A DNA stretch of 41,944 nucleotides from Rotaria socialis (Eukaryota). This document shows, in pieces, positions 24,834-38,456 of the stretch (its first letter is position 1; each line of letters begins with the position of its first letter). Under the pieces are notes generated by a model. The model saw only the letters and a program-made list of their open reading frames with translations, made no database searches and was not told the origin of the DNA. The stretch lies in NCBI GenBank assembly GCA_905331295.1, contig CAJNYD010000013.1, forward strand, positions 330,763-372,706, in the 5' to 3' direction. The position numbers were made by a program, and so were the translations under genes.

Positions 24834-27082
24834 CCCATGTAACTTTTTTTCGAGTCGTAACGCGTCTCTGAGCGATTGTGAACGATGGCACTTAACGCAC
24901 CAGGACGCATCTAGAATGCAACATTTTCGGGGGTGCAGACGCATCCAGGGTAACCTGATGCGTCTACACTCGTTCGGTATCTAAACGCATCATAAGTCGT
25001 TTGCATTGGAAGACGCGTTAGGGCTCGTCCAAAATGCAACATTTTCAAGCGTGGGAACGCATCCAAAAGTAAACGCGTGTAAATGCGTCTGGATGCAAGA
25101 TGCGTTAGAACGCGTTTACTTTTTTCCCCCAAAAAAATTAAAAATTATCATCACTCTGTGTCGGAATTGAGCCGACGCATCATATTAAGCTATGATATAA
25201 CACCCACATACCATGAGCAACAGAGTGGTAATTTTTCCAACGATAGCGTGAACCAAGATTTGAACCCATGAACTATTAATTACAAGCCGAACATAACTTG
25301 CGCTGAACCAAATATTGCTGGATATTGTTATTATCTCCATGAATCACATGAATTAATCGTTTTACAGTATTTTTGACTTATCTTGCTTTTTAAAATAAAT
25401 ATAATTAGGATATTTATTATAATGAAATCAAGATAAGGCATTCTTTTTATCCATGAAATAACAGTGGGGAAAACTCAAAATTTTGGTTACTGAAAAACAT
25501 TAAGAAAAACAAATATATCTGTCTTTGAAGGGTATAAATGTACATATACGCAGTATAATAATATTAGTTAAAATTTTTTCCATCAGTATAAACACACTAT
25601 AACAAGTATTTTTATAGAAAATGAGAACGATATATCACAACACATAAAATAAAAAATCTTGTTTGTCTATTTTTTCGTAACCATCATACTGTCATCTTTT
25701 AAGCCATCCATCGGAAATAGAATGAATAATCTTATAATGTTAAGAACTTTTAAAACTTCCTTAATTTGTCTTTTTAGAACAGAATATTGATCGATATTTA
25801 AATTAAAATATTTAAAAAATTGTTTGTTTTCAATTTTTTAAATAGTTAAGATGCGTTTTTATCGTTTTTATTAACTTCATAAAATATGTTTTACTTTGAT
25901 GGATTGTTCATTATAAGGAACAATAAAGATAATTATACTAAACTCTGCATCAAAGAACATTTTTGTCGAGCTTTTATTAAAAAGCAATTGAAAGTAAAAC
26001 CAGAATATGCATCTAATTTACTTCGTTATTTACGACAGTAATGATGAAAATCCTAACGATAATGTTAAGATAATAATCTACTGTGTGCACACCAGAAAGT
26101 ACTTCCGACTTTAAGGAAACAGAAGCATACAGTTGTATTTATAGTCTAATATTTTCAATAAAAACTTTCGAATAGAAATGCATTATCCCAGAAATACTCA
26201 TTTGATAAAATCAATCTGTTAAACCAAACCTTATTTGATTCAATCCTCAACATATAAACGAAGGCTGAATTTTAAAGTTCAAAAGAAAAAATATCATGGA
26301 TATCATATACGTATTCAATAAAACTAAATAGATTTCTTTTTTACTTAAGTGAATCAATAAGGGACCTTTTTACTGCTAATTAACAGTTTCCAAAGACGAA
26401 ATATAACACAAAGACTTTGTTCCTAGCGCAATGTAGCATTTTAACTAGAGCAAACTCCGTTGTACTCAAGCCTATTTTTATATAAATGCAGATTTCGATA
26501 GCCATCATTCTTAGGCATGAACCAAACTCAAAACTAGTTTTGAAGTTTTGGTTTTAGTTTGAAAATATAATCCTTTTCGGCGTATTTCAAAACGAAAGTG
26601 AAAACCGGAAAACCAAAAATATTAGATTTGCTGCACGTCTGACCACTCTTCATTGGCAGTACCTACTATATAACTATGAATTCAGTTGTGTTTCGGAAAT
26701 CAGTGTAATGAAACGCGTTTTCGGCATTTCATGAACTACTCATACCTCCATGAAACACGTTTTATCTACTTCGCCGATTTTACTGTGTTTATTGGATAGC
26801 AAATAAATTGCGTTTCAATTGTGATACAAGATCTAACGCAAGAAAAAACACAGATTGCGTTCACACGCGTTTTAAAATAGGAATTTAAACGCGTTTGTAT
26901 ACGTTTGCTCTGATTAACGCTAGCAAGCTCGTCGAAGTTCTTTAAATGCGTTTAATAAGATAATTACAAACGCCTTTATCTGCGTTTTTATCATAATTCG
27001 ATACCGAAACGCATCAGGACGCCAACATTTGCAACATAAACGCATCTAACGGCGTCTAAAATGCGCTTCGGGATTACATGGG
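24834..27082. mobile_element. Non-autonomous CMC/CACTA-type element with CCCATGTAA terminal inverted repeats
   Basis: CCCATGTAA at 24834 and TTACATGGG ending at 27082. Both subterminal regions are rich in acgcat/acgcgt motifs and the interior is AT-rich and non-coding. The left end coincides with the end of the segmental duplication. Confidence 0.75.
25245..25319 (-). pseudogene. Degenerate tRNA-like sequence (Thr-TGT-like loop) inside the transposon
   Basis: The minus strand reads agcaatatTTGGTTCAGCG...ggCTTGTAAtt...GGTTCAAATCttggttcacgct: A-box-like, anticodon-loop-like and B-box motifs at tRNA spacing. The stems pair poorly. Confidence 0.4.
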
Positions 27083-27637
27083 CGGTACTTTAGCGTTAAA
27101 ACGCCGTTTCAACGATTTTGTTAGCGCATTGTAGGTCCCACAGTACGTTAAAATGCGTAAAAATGTTTAGCCTTTCGACGGTTTTACGCGTATGTGGCTC
27201 AATTTTGACGAGTTTTATGATGTTAAAAAGTTACGACGCGTATTAACGCGAAAATTATCATTAAAAGAACGTACTTTTACGCATATTTTTTAACGAGTAT
27301 TACTATGTTCTTACTTGAATTTAACGTGTTGAAATGAGCTTCCCTACTACGATTAGTTAAAACTCAAAGCCTCATATTCGATACATTAAATTCGTATGAA
27401 CAAATATCACCTTTTAATATTTCATTAGAATACATTATTGTACTTTAAGCAATCATAAAAATGTAAGGCATTCCCTGAAGATATCTGACTTCTTTTCTCC
27501 TCTAATTTTGCAAGAGCATATGAATTCTCTTTGTACATTGTTTAACTTCTTCAAATAAAATTTTCATGGCATCGAAATTTTTTTTATCTGCTTGTAATGC
27601 TGTATAGTTGTGCATGTAGTGTATCTTGTATGTATCT

Positions 27638-28230
27638 GTTGTGTCAAAGTTACACCGGTTAACAAAGGTATAACTTCGACAAAAAAAATCGCCGAAGCTA
27701 TTTTTTATTCAGCTATCAAGAAATAATTTACTAAATTGAATTTTGTATTGTTAACTGTATTAGAAAAGTTTTTTTCAATAAGTATCATTTATTCAACAAT
27801 ATTTTTGAATAAATAGTATTTGTTGAAAAAAGGTTCTAATGCAGTCAACAATCGAACATTTTATTTAATAAATTATTTATTGATAGCTGAATAAAAAATA
27901 ACTTTGACGATTATTTTTTTCGAAGTTATAATTTCGTCGACTGCACTGAAAAAAAAATAAGTACTCTATGAAACTTAAAAAGGTTCCGAGATTTGCAACG
28001 AATTCGAAACCCTGTTGCGATTTCGTGCGGAACCTTCAAGGGTTTCGTAAAGTCTCACAAAACCCTTAAAGATATCGAAGACTCCGACACAGGTTTCGTG
28101 AGACTATACGGAACTTTGAAGGTTCCATACGACATCGCAAAAGGGTTTCGAATTCGTTGCAAATCTCGGAACCTTTTTAAGTTTCGTAGAGTACTTATCT
28201 TTTTTCAGTGTGGTGTAACTTCGATACAAC
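27638..28230. repeat. Imperfect palindrome (foldback) interrupted by a younger MITE
   Basis: gttgtgtcaaagttacaccggttaacaaaggtataacttcga mirrors tcgaagttataatttcgtcgactg[MITE]gtgtaacttcgatacaac; ttttttattcagctatcaa mirrors ttgatagctgaataaaaaa. Confidence 0.8.
27944..28210. mobile_element. 267-bp CACTG-ended MITE with a 2-bp TG target duplication
   Basis: tg|CACTGAAAAAAAAATAAGTACTCT...AGAGTACTTATCTTTTTTCAGTG|tg; nearly palindromic throughout. Confidence 0.92.
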
Positions 28231-28371
28231 ATATCCACTGTTTACTTTAAAAGATTATCAAGAACTTAAGATATTATATATTCTAACACTTCAATACATC
28301 AGTATGATAGCAAAATATTTTAAAAGTTTCTAAATTCCAATATTAGTCAATATCAGCTATTTAAACAATGT

Positions 28372-31300
28372 TCATGTAGATTCTAGAAGGTTTGGGAAAA
28401 GGTGAAATTCACATATTGAATTCTGATGTTGATCGAATCGATAAGCAGCTTTCTCTATGATTGAATTATATCCAATGGAAATAGTATTTGGAGGTGTTGG
28501 AAATTGTGTATAGACAAGTAAATCATTTATGTATTTTATCCCATTAAGTAAGAAGAAATCACAATCCATGATTTTCGCTTGATCAATGATAAATATAATG
28601 TTAGTAGTAGTTATTAATCGAATAATACCAACAATTACACCAAGACGAATATTGTTGGAGTCATCAACGTATATCAAAGCCGAATCATCGACTTGACTAT
28701 TGCTCGGTCTATGAACCTTGAACGGTACATCTTCACAGAAGCACAGCGAATAATAAGTGTACTGTCCTTTGCCGTATATCTTATCAATATATATAGCTAC
28801 ATGTGAAAACGCAATCGGTGTAGCACGAGCCAAATGAATGACAATATTTTGCTCAATAGATTTTGGTACAGCCCGTCTCTTTGAAGAAAGTATTTGATTA
28901 ATTAGTAATGCAACCTTTGGATGAAAGTAATGATTCTTCAGAATAGTGGTTGCATAATTTGAAAGTTCAAAATTGTTAATTAGTTCAGATATAACCATTG
29001 ATGGACCATATATAGATTTTACAAGTGATCCTAATAAAAAAACCGTACATAAGATATGATCAAATATTCGTTTCGTTCGAACAAAAAAGTCACTTTTTAT
29101 GGTGCTGGTAGAAAAACAGTACAAGATATCAAGCAGGTAAATTGTAATTTAACAAAACCAACCACTCGTTTTGTCTAAAAGATGCAGACTACTAATTAGC
29201 ATAGAGCTTTATTCATTTTTATTCCTTTTAGTAAACTTTTAATAAAAACACTCTCTTTGCAGATTACTTAAATTGAGAATTGCTAATTTTATGTATTTTA
29301 AACCATGTATAAATATGCAGATTGAAGGGCATACTTCGATTTAACATTTTCAGCAGATTTATCATTTTTACTTTGTGTTGATTTTCTGACTTCTAACTTA
29401 AAGTTACTATCCATTCTTAAAATGCTATGCTGATATTCATAGATGAAGCTCTTGATTCGAGAAAAGAAAAACAATACGAATATCTATCGTGCTTTCAAAG
29501 TTGAAGGTGCTATAACTATGAAGTGGGCCGAATTTCAGTAATGTTTCATGAATATGTGCCAGAGAATGCACTACCGGGACACAATTTGATGCCTTTAAAA
29601 CCAGAGCAATATAGTAAAGTTAATAGCAAAAAGTAATTATTATTATACGGACACCATACAACAAAGGAAACTGATTCAGAAATGCATCCAAAAGAATTTT
29701 GATTTGATTCAGTCGATCAGTTGTCAATATCTCCATTTCAGAAAAAATTGCAGCATATGCTAATAATCTAAAGTGTTCGTAATATGTTTGTTTCATTACT
29801 TGCTCAAAAAGTCTTTAAGAAAAAAAACTGGAATTGAACAAATAATATATAAAATCGGTAATAAATACTTATATGCAAAAAGTATCGTAATTCTAAATTC
29901 ATTTGCTTTCCATGATTTATAATATCGTAAGGGACGTGGTAATCGATTTGTCGTTGGATAGTGCATTGTCTGAAGCAGTTTCTCCATCCTATGAAATTCT
30001 TTTTTAATTGAATAATCGGCTTTCGTAACGTCAAACCACAAAAGCATCAATCTTTTCTATGGATACAAATATTAAAAAAAGAAGAGAATGTTCGAGTGGA
30101 ACTTCAAAGCAGTGCACAAATTGATTGCACGGTTTTCTTTTTGTAGGACTATCTTTCTACATAATTCTCACTTCAAGAATAAAATATAATATGTATATAT
30201 AGCCGCAATATTGTACAGGTTGGTTATTTAATAAAAATGAATATTTGATAGAAGATATAAAACACTTAAAAATCTTAATCTTCACTAAATCTGTTTATGT
30301 ACATAATGAATATTCTTTTTTTAAGATAATTTTTTCTTTTGCAATATGATAACCATATGGAAGCATATGATAGAAATTTTATAGCTCGACTAAACGAAAA
30401 TATTTTAGACTCGTTCGATTCGAATTTGCGTACAGATTATAAATATGTTATGATTGAAATTTATGCTATATAAGCATTAATGAGATTTAGTTCTCATCTG
30501 TTGACTAACATCAGTAGTATAATCAACTCTAATCATTCAAATCAAATAAGATTTGATCATATTTTTCTTTATCATCTAAGACTCACTGATATTATTATTA
30601 AGTAATAAAAGAGTAGAACTTTCGTTGACAAAATTATATTCTGATGACAAGAAAACTTTCTGTACTTTTGGGTTAGAATTCCTTAAAAGTAATTTCAGTA
30701 ATAATAATTATAATACTTACAAATACCCCAGTATATAAACCATGTAACGAATCAAAGCAAAAACTTTCCCCTATTTCAAAATATGTTAGGTTACGTAGTG
30801 CACAGTGGCCTAAATGTCCACATGCTTTATCTTTCATAGGATCTTTTTCTACATAATTCTACATAAAGAAAAAAACATAGATTACTAGGAAAAAAGTGAA
30901 TTACACAGGATAACTAACTGAATCCAAAATTTGTATAAATGCATCATATGTGGCGTTATTTCGAACCATCACAGACGTGTTTTTTTAGTAATAAAACATC
31001 TTGTACCTGTTGTGCTGGTTTCACCTGATATTATACGAATATATGATATTAGAAGTTAGAAAAAATTTGGAGTAAATATCAAATAATAGAACTATGCTAA
31101 CCTTGTATACAACACCAGCCACAACTAAAATATCCAGTTGGATCTTTTATATTCATAGCGAGCGCTTGTGCAGGTTTATCACAAACTGCTGAGATGGTAA
31201 ATGCATAGAAATAGGTGTATTTATTTTTGTGGTCTTTCTTGTGCGATGGTAAAATTACATCAAAACCTATGTTTTCAAGAAATTTTAATTCATGGACGAT

Positions 31301-32487
31301 ATCTTCTAATATTTTTGCATATTCCTTCTTTTTTGGCTTTTCGTCACCCGTTGATATAGAGCATATTAATATATTATTAATTTGAAAACGTTTACTTCTT
31401 GGTAACTCATTGATACATGCACACGTCATCCATAAGGAGCGAGATATACGTTTAATGAGTACTCCATCAGTATTAAGTGTAAAAGTAACGATATTTCTTT
31501 GTGGATCTATTTGTTTTTGTTTCGTTATTATTTCTTGGTAGCGTCTAGAGTTTATTACATCATGGGATTGACCAAATACATACGATGATGATACACGATC
31601 TTCTCGCTCAAGGATCGAAATGATCTGAGGCAAAAGAGAGAAAGTGAAAACCGATGTTGGTTTACGAGCGTATGACAAAGCAGATACACATCCATTGGCA
31701 TCACATTTTGAAGAACTTGAACCTTTACGTAAACATGATGGACATATAAAAGAATGATTCCCGTGAAGCAGTTTAGAATTGTTTTTTTTGACTCGCGATA
31801 TGACTCCACGAAAATCTTTGGGCATATTTGGAATATTAAAAAAATTTAAAATTCGGCAAATATCATTGACCGCAGCTTTGCTTATAGAGTGCTTTTTCCA
31901 AAGTAAAAGTAACATTACTGAAAGCTCAATAGCATTCGGAGGTCGTTCAGTTTTAAAATTATTATCGAATACATCGCACTCAACATCCGGTATATCTTCC
32001 ATGTCATCATCCATATCAATTGAAATTTGATTAGGATCATGATCATTGTCACCAAGTTCATATGAATCATTGTCATTATCTTTAGATTTACTAATATAAT
32101 CATTATAAAATAGAAATATATTGCTAATACCTTCGAATCGATTAATATCGTTATTTTCATTATATTCATTAATAATTTGTTCAGCTTCGAAATTTAAAAA
32201 ATAGTCTGAAGTTTGAGTGCAGGCGTCATATTTTATTATTGGTACTTCAGCAATCAATTCGACGTGCCGTTGTACAACATTAGAAACTTCAGTCATTCTA
32301 GTAATTCAAATTGAGGTAGATGATACAGAAAACAAAACAGGGCATACGACGTAGTGTTTTGGTCATCGACGAACATAGTTTCATTTATTTCAAGATTGAT
32401 TTTCTCTCGAACTCGCATACGATAACGACTAAATCGAGACTTTTGATCCATAACCATTTCCACTTCATCGTTGCTTTCATCACTCAT
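28372..32487 (-). pseudogene. CACTA/EnSpm Tnp2-family DDE transposase, multi-exon, with an apparent 1-bp frameshift
   Basis: Approximate exons 32487-32348, 32297-31102, 31024-30920, 30858-30721, 30056-29869, 29812-~29655, 29592-~29484, 29030-28372. Motifs: CPSC, LNTDGV...SLW...INELP, CDKPA...GYFSCGWC, FDSLHGLYTGVFKRL, WKANEFR, HSLAH...FGPL...STFNFES. A 7-nt T run at 30980-30986 puts the third exon out of frame. Confidence 0.88.
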
Positions 32488-32841
32488 CTAAAAGCAATTT
32501 CCTCTTTGACCCTTCGACATCATTTTTTTTTCTTATTTTCTTTATTCGAATATAGGATAATATTTCTTTCTTTTTTGTTTCATTTATTTCATAAAAAATA
32601 TATTACAATTTCATTTAGCATGAACGTAACACTCATATAATATGTGTCTAACAAGACCATCGAAGTTAATAAATGAGAAAACAATGCAATACATATAAAA
32701 TGTGGATTTCACATGAAATTATCATATTTAAAGACAAAAAGTAGTTACTCGTAAAAAAGAACAAATAATACAATAATATTTTACACGAAAGCCCTAATGA
32801 AATAACACTAAAATTTGATAGAGAAAAACGAATAAGAACAT

Positions 32842-35800
32842 CTACATTTGATCGATATTTTCCATGTAATCCCATTCGTGTTTTAATTCTTCTTCATCAT
32901 CATCATCAATGATGTGATCAATTGAATTTCTTGCTTGAAAAGATGATTTGGAATGAGCCGAAGTTTCGCCAGAAACAACAATTTCATGTTCATCATCGCT
33001 TTGATCGTTTTGTTGAGTTTCACTATCGATGAACGACGTGTTTGTAGTTCCTTTAGAATTAAAATGACCTTGTCGTAGACTAGCTGCGATATCGTTTCGC
33101 ATTTTTTTGTAATTCAAGTTGCCTTTTGGAAAACTTAAACGTGCCAATGCTAAAATTAAAAACAATAAAACGTTTTATTTGTAAGGTTCTCACTGATAGC
33201 CTCTTATAACTATTAGTAGCTTGATATCATCTGTTCTAATGAAACATTCATAATTATGAGAAAGATCAACTATGCAAAGTTTTATTCGGCACCCTTCCAT
33301 AACTAAGTAACTTACTATAAATGTTTTGTAATGTAGATGTTGGGACATTTTTGATTGAATTTACGTACAATTGATCGGCACGTGTAGGACATAACTTTCG
33401 CCAAATGTTCATAGCGACTTTGTCAGCTTTATCAGCCTCCCGTTGTACTTGTTGAAGAATTAGTGGATTCAAACCGAGTTCACCAGCTATATTATCCATA
33501 GTTCGGCCATCACCTTGATACACATTATTGCATGAATCCATGAAGAAATTTAATTCATTCCAAAATGATTCACGAGGTTTTACTGCAAGAAAAAGAATGC
33601 AAGTTAAAACGTGCTATTTAAATAATTAATAAAAGATGATCTAATCCATTTTCTATTCTTTCCAATAGCTACAAACGAGCAATTCAAAATAACACAATAA
33701 AAAAAATGTTGATAAATAATATTCGATAATAACGATAAAGAGATAGATTGATCATAGGAGACTGTATCGTCCAATGGATGATATTGAAAGTTGCTCCTTT
33801 ATAATAATTCATAATTGAGCAATGATATATTATGGAATGTGAAAATGATCATAGAAGATTCTTTCTGGAGTATGAACTCCCAGAGAATGCTGTATTAAAA
33901 TCTACTTAATATTTTGAAAAACTTACACATATGAGTTGTTTCCATTTTTTTTCTTTCTTTTTGCACTTTCTTCAACGCTTCTTTTAAAACACCATTTTTA
34001 TTTGATAAATCTCTATTTTTTCTCTCTAGCTCTCGATATTCAATTGAACTTAGAATATCAACCGTACGTATATGAATAGGTGTATTTGTTGGTCGATTTT
34101 CACGGGAATTATTACTTAAATCAGACAGTCGGATAATAGAACGGTCGATATTGAAGCTAAAGAATCAAAAATATTGAACAGAATTAACAAGAATTAAACA
34201 AAAAGCAGCCAAACCTATTTGTACATTGACTAAGATTACAATTGGTACGATTATCGCCGACATTCGGTGTGCTTAATGTGATCGTGCTGAAATAAGTATT
34301 AATTTTAAAGTTGAAAAGCGATCATATTTCTAAGTTTTACCTTTTCGAAACACATAAATTTGTGTTTTTATCAGCATTTGACCTGGACAACAAGTTGTTT
34401 CTGTAAATAAACAAAAAATAATTTTTAATATTTTTACATATTCGTTTTAATGCAATTTGTTATTTCAGATTATATAGGAATTTGGAAATTTTTAATACTT
34501 TCATCAATACTCTCATGCTTCAAAACACAGTCTAGTATATCGCTCTTTTGCTAGAAGCGTATTTTCCGGTCTTACTTTTTTACATCAGACAAGTCTACTG
34601 TATCCAACTTGATCACAAAAAAGCAGCTGAAGAAATTCGACAGATTAACTCTTGATGTGTCACTATTTAATCATAGCTCCGTTTATATGCGTAGCTTATA
34701 TTATATTACATATGTTTTCTAGTGACGGATTAGCCTATATCTACCACAACGTGAAAAGTGGCTTTCATACGTACTACTTTGAGTTAGCTGTCGGAGAACC
34801 GTGGAAAAAGACGTATATATGATATTACTTGATTCTATTAGATTTACTTGAAAAAAATATTGGAGATTCTAGGATAAAAAAACCTAATAAGGGTGGACCA
34901 TGTTAAGTTCAAATTTTGTGAACAATTTTAAGACTGGATAATAGCAACTAGTACAAAATGATACGATCTGCCTTATATTGAAACATTCATTAAGCGAATT
35001 TATGCATCACTTATTAAGGACTAAAGTATTTATAAGCTCATGAAAGGATACCTGCAATACAAAAAATTGTTCTCCATTGAAACCAAGCCCCACCCTTCAA
35101 GCCCTTGCTTTGCAAAAAAAATTGAAGCTGGTTGGGGTAACATTCTCTGAAGAGAGTTTACTCGGAAAATAGAAGTTCAGTATAAAAGATCATATATTCT
35201 CTTTCAAAAATATTCAAACGCATAATTGAAGTATGATTCTGATTCCGACACAGCGTATTATTTGTAAAACAATTCGGTATTTATTAATTAATGATAAGCT
35301 TGTGCGTAATGTGACATGAACGCATTTATATTGCAAAGAATCTAGCGAAATAAGCATTTAATTTTGTCTAGCAGTAAGTAGTTGTATATATGCAATGGAA
35401 TTAAAAAATGAATCAATTCAATCATTCTTGTTACAAATTTCATGAAAAAATGCTGAGAAATAATGTAAAACGCTCTAGTCAAAATGAGGATAAAAACATC
35501 ACCTTGACTTTAAAAGTTCATGGTTCCTGGAAGTATTTGCTACATGAGAAGTTGCATGATTCATTGTTCTATGAAAATATATTACAAAAAATGATTGCTT
35601 TTTAGATATTAATATAAAACTTGCTACTGACAACGATAATTGGTTTTCATCATATTCAATTGGATTTTGTGTCAACGGTAAACGATTGTTTAATGCACGA
35701 TTATCTTCATCATCGGCACCGATGAATGAACCGGATCTTTCAACAAACAAATGTGGATCTGAACGATGATTTTCATTTGAAAACATAGATTGGTCCGCAC

Positions 35801-36309
35801 GGCAATGTACTTTAGTATTAGTACATATTGATACCGAATGTAAATCACGAGAAGCTGTTGTTTGTGTAGGAGTAACTGGTGGAATATTAATTTCTTCAGT
35901 CATATTTGATTGAACATTTTGAAATGCAATTGTATTGATTGATTTGCTTTTCTTGTTCGCTTCAGGATTCGGACAATCATCGAGGTCATCTGACATATTA
36001 TCATCAGCATCAAATGTACCTATTTAAAAAAATAAAACTTCAATGAAAAACTGTCTAATCATTTTTAGCAAGCTGCTTGCAGCATTGGAACTAGCCTGAT
36101 GCTTTTTTTTACGATCATAGAAATGTTTTAGATGTTTTTTTTCTCTTGTTTATTATCACCTCAATATTATTAAGAAAATCATCATTCGAATGTGAAGATA
36201 CATTTGTTACATCAAAAATATTCTTGTCAGATGAAGCATCTGTTGTTGATGTATTTGACGGTCTAATGCTTCTAGAATTGCTCAACAATTTGTTGCTTCG
36301 TTTCGGCAT
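32842..36309 (-). CDS. Second (accessory, TnpA-position) gene of the CACTA element; multi-exon, exact structure uncertain
   Basis: Co-oriented ORF pieces at 36309-~36158, ~36019-35603, ~34138-33930 (coiled-coil LERKNRDLSNKNGVLKEALKKVQKERKK), ~33583-33316 and ~33148-32842, with GT/AG boundaries. Low-complexity N-terminus, helical C-terminal domain and acidic tail. Confidence 0.55.
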
Positions 36310-38147
36310 TACCAAAGAGTAAAAGCAGCTGAAGATTATTTGATTGAAAAGAGATGAAGAATGTATCTAGAATTACATACATATACTTTTATTCGAAGGA
36401 ATATACCCCCGGCGAGATAAGCATTGCAAATAACGACGTTTTAATGCGTTTTCTTCCATAAAAATCCTTTTAACGCTTGTCTGATTGCGATATATTATAT
36501 ATATATATTATTGAAGTAAAAAACAAACTTAGAAATAATAGGCTGTAAAAGTGATGAGAATTACTCAAGAATGTTGCAAAGTAATAAATCATACTAACTA
36601 AACAGAGTCGACTGAACGGCAACAGTCTATGTTTTCTCTGCTGTATCGCTTATTTATAAGATAAACAAGTCTTTATACTTCCTCTGATACGAATCCGACT
36701 ATAGACAAATCATTTAGGTATGTATGAAAGTTGAAAACATTTTCTTTCTTTTTCTTCTTCAATTTCTATTCTTTTACTTCTTTTACTTCTTTTACTGAAT
36801 CTGAGATGTCGCATTGGGCGACATTATGAATCAATCATATTTACAGTAGCTTTTTTTTTAAGGATAACTCATGGGCACTTGTGTAAAAATATTCAAAACA
36901 GAATTTTTCACCTAGAAAAGCCAAAATATTATAAATTTATTATTCAAGCATTGACATAGAAGAGCAGAACTTGTGCGAGTCTTATTTGTCTGACATCTAT
37001 CGATGAGTTGCTTTGAATTTTCATAGTCATGATTTCTTTGAAATGCATTTATCGTACAAATTCCTGTGCTATAATTAGAAAACAGTGAACATTTTGCATT
37101 TCAAAGTAATCTAATAGAATATTGAAACTATTCTTTAAGACCGCTTATCTATTTCAACGCTGATTTCCTATTGAAGAACGTTTATAGCATACTCGAAACA
37201 CTAACACCATCTAGAGTATAACATTCAGCTACTCTTGGCATCTGTTTAAATAAAGTGAAGTACGAAGTTTTCTTTGGATCTATCTAAGCGTGAAATAAAC
37301 TTGAATTGAACTTGATTAAACTTATAGCTTCGAATATTACGATAGTACAGGATAATATAATATATATATATATATATAAGAAAAGAATCGCTGTGTACGA
37401 CGAGTGAATATGATAAACATTTGCCATGCTATATGTTTAAATACAATCGACATTCAATGCATTGAAAGAGTTGTTGTATACGATTAAGACTTAAGTAGTA
37501 AGTTAATTATACCTATTGTGATCAAGACTTATGTTTTAATGCAGTATTAAATAGAGCGTGAAATAAAAATTAAAAAACTTCAAGCTCAATTTTAATGCCG
37601 ATTTATTCGAATGACAAATTCTGTGGTAAGTATTGGTATTAAAGTCAAACTATTTTTTTTCATTTAGACTTAGTCGAATAATAATTAAATTCTCTGTAAG
37701 AACATGTTCATAACATCAAATCAATTTTTTCGTTCAGATCTATTCCACTCACAGATTTACTCTTACGCATACATTTATAATTAATAATAATCTTAGAATT
37801 TTTTATTTGGCTGAATGGAGCATTCGAAAGTGAGAAAATATTTAAATATGCGATTACATAAAGAAATATATATTTATTTTTTTCTCTAGATCAATTTCAA
37901 CAATTATATTTGTAGTAAGTAAAACATTTTCTTTCTTTTATTCTAGGAGGTACGAAATTTTTACATTTTTTCTCTACGAGTTCTTTTTTTTGTGTATCAT
38001 TTAGTACTGCATTCATGAACGGAGTATATAACCATAAGAACAATCTGAAACTGATAACCTTAATTTACAAGACTAATAGGTTATATGAGTTCTTATAAAC
38101 TAAAAATTATGGATTTCAAATTTTTATCCAATTATTTAATGACGATG

Positions 38148-38356
38148 AAACGTCCTCAATTACTCCCTCCAGATTTCATCCATCTTTTTATTCGTAGATA
38201 CTATATAGTTTTCTAGTAAAAATTGTAACAAAATTCGATAGCTTATGATAAATCTCAATAAGAGTCCGAATTTTGTTACAATTTTTACTAGAAAACTATA
38301 TAGTATCTACGAATAAAAAGATGGATGAAATCTGGAGGGAGTAATTGAGGATGTTT
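38148..38356. mobile_element. Near-perfect hairpin MITE containing ta|CTCCCTCC...GGAGGGAG|ta (38163-38341)
   Basis: About 90-bp arms that are almost perfectly complementary around a ~29-nt spacer. Confidence 0.8.
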
Positions 38357-38456
38357 TCTCGTTGGTTCAGTAAACAAACGCGTGAAAGTTCGTTTGAATT
38401 TAAGGTGTTCATAACAAACTAATATTTGAACGAAGTTAAACACCTTTAAAAATCTT

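Noticed and set aside
31555..32640. Overlapping alternate-frame or antisense ORFs (also 8506-8817, 12374-12766, 40105-40362)
   Set aside because: Shadows of the real genes on another frame or strand.
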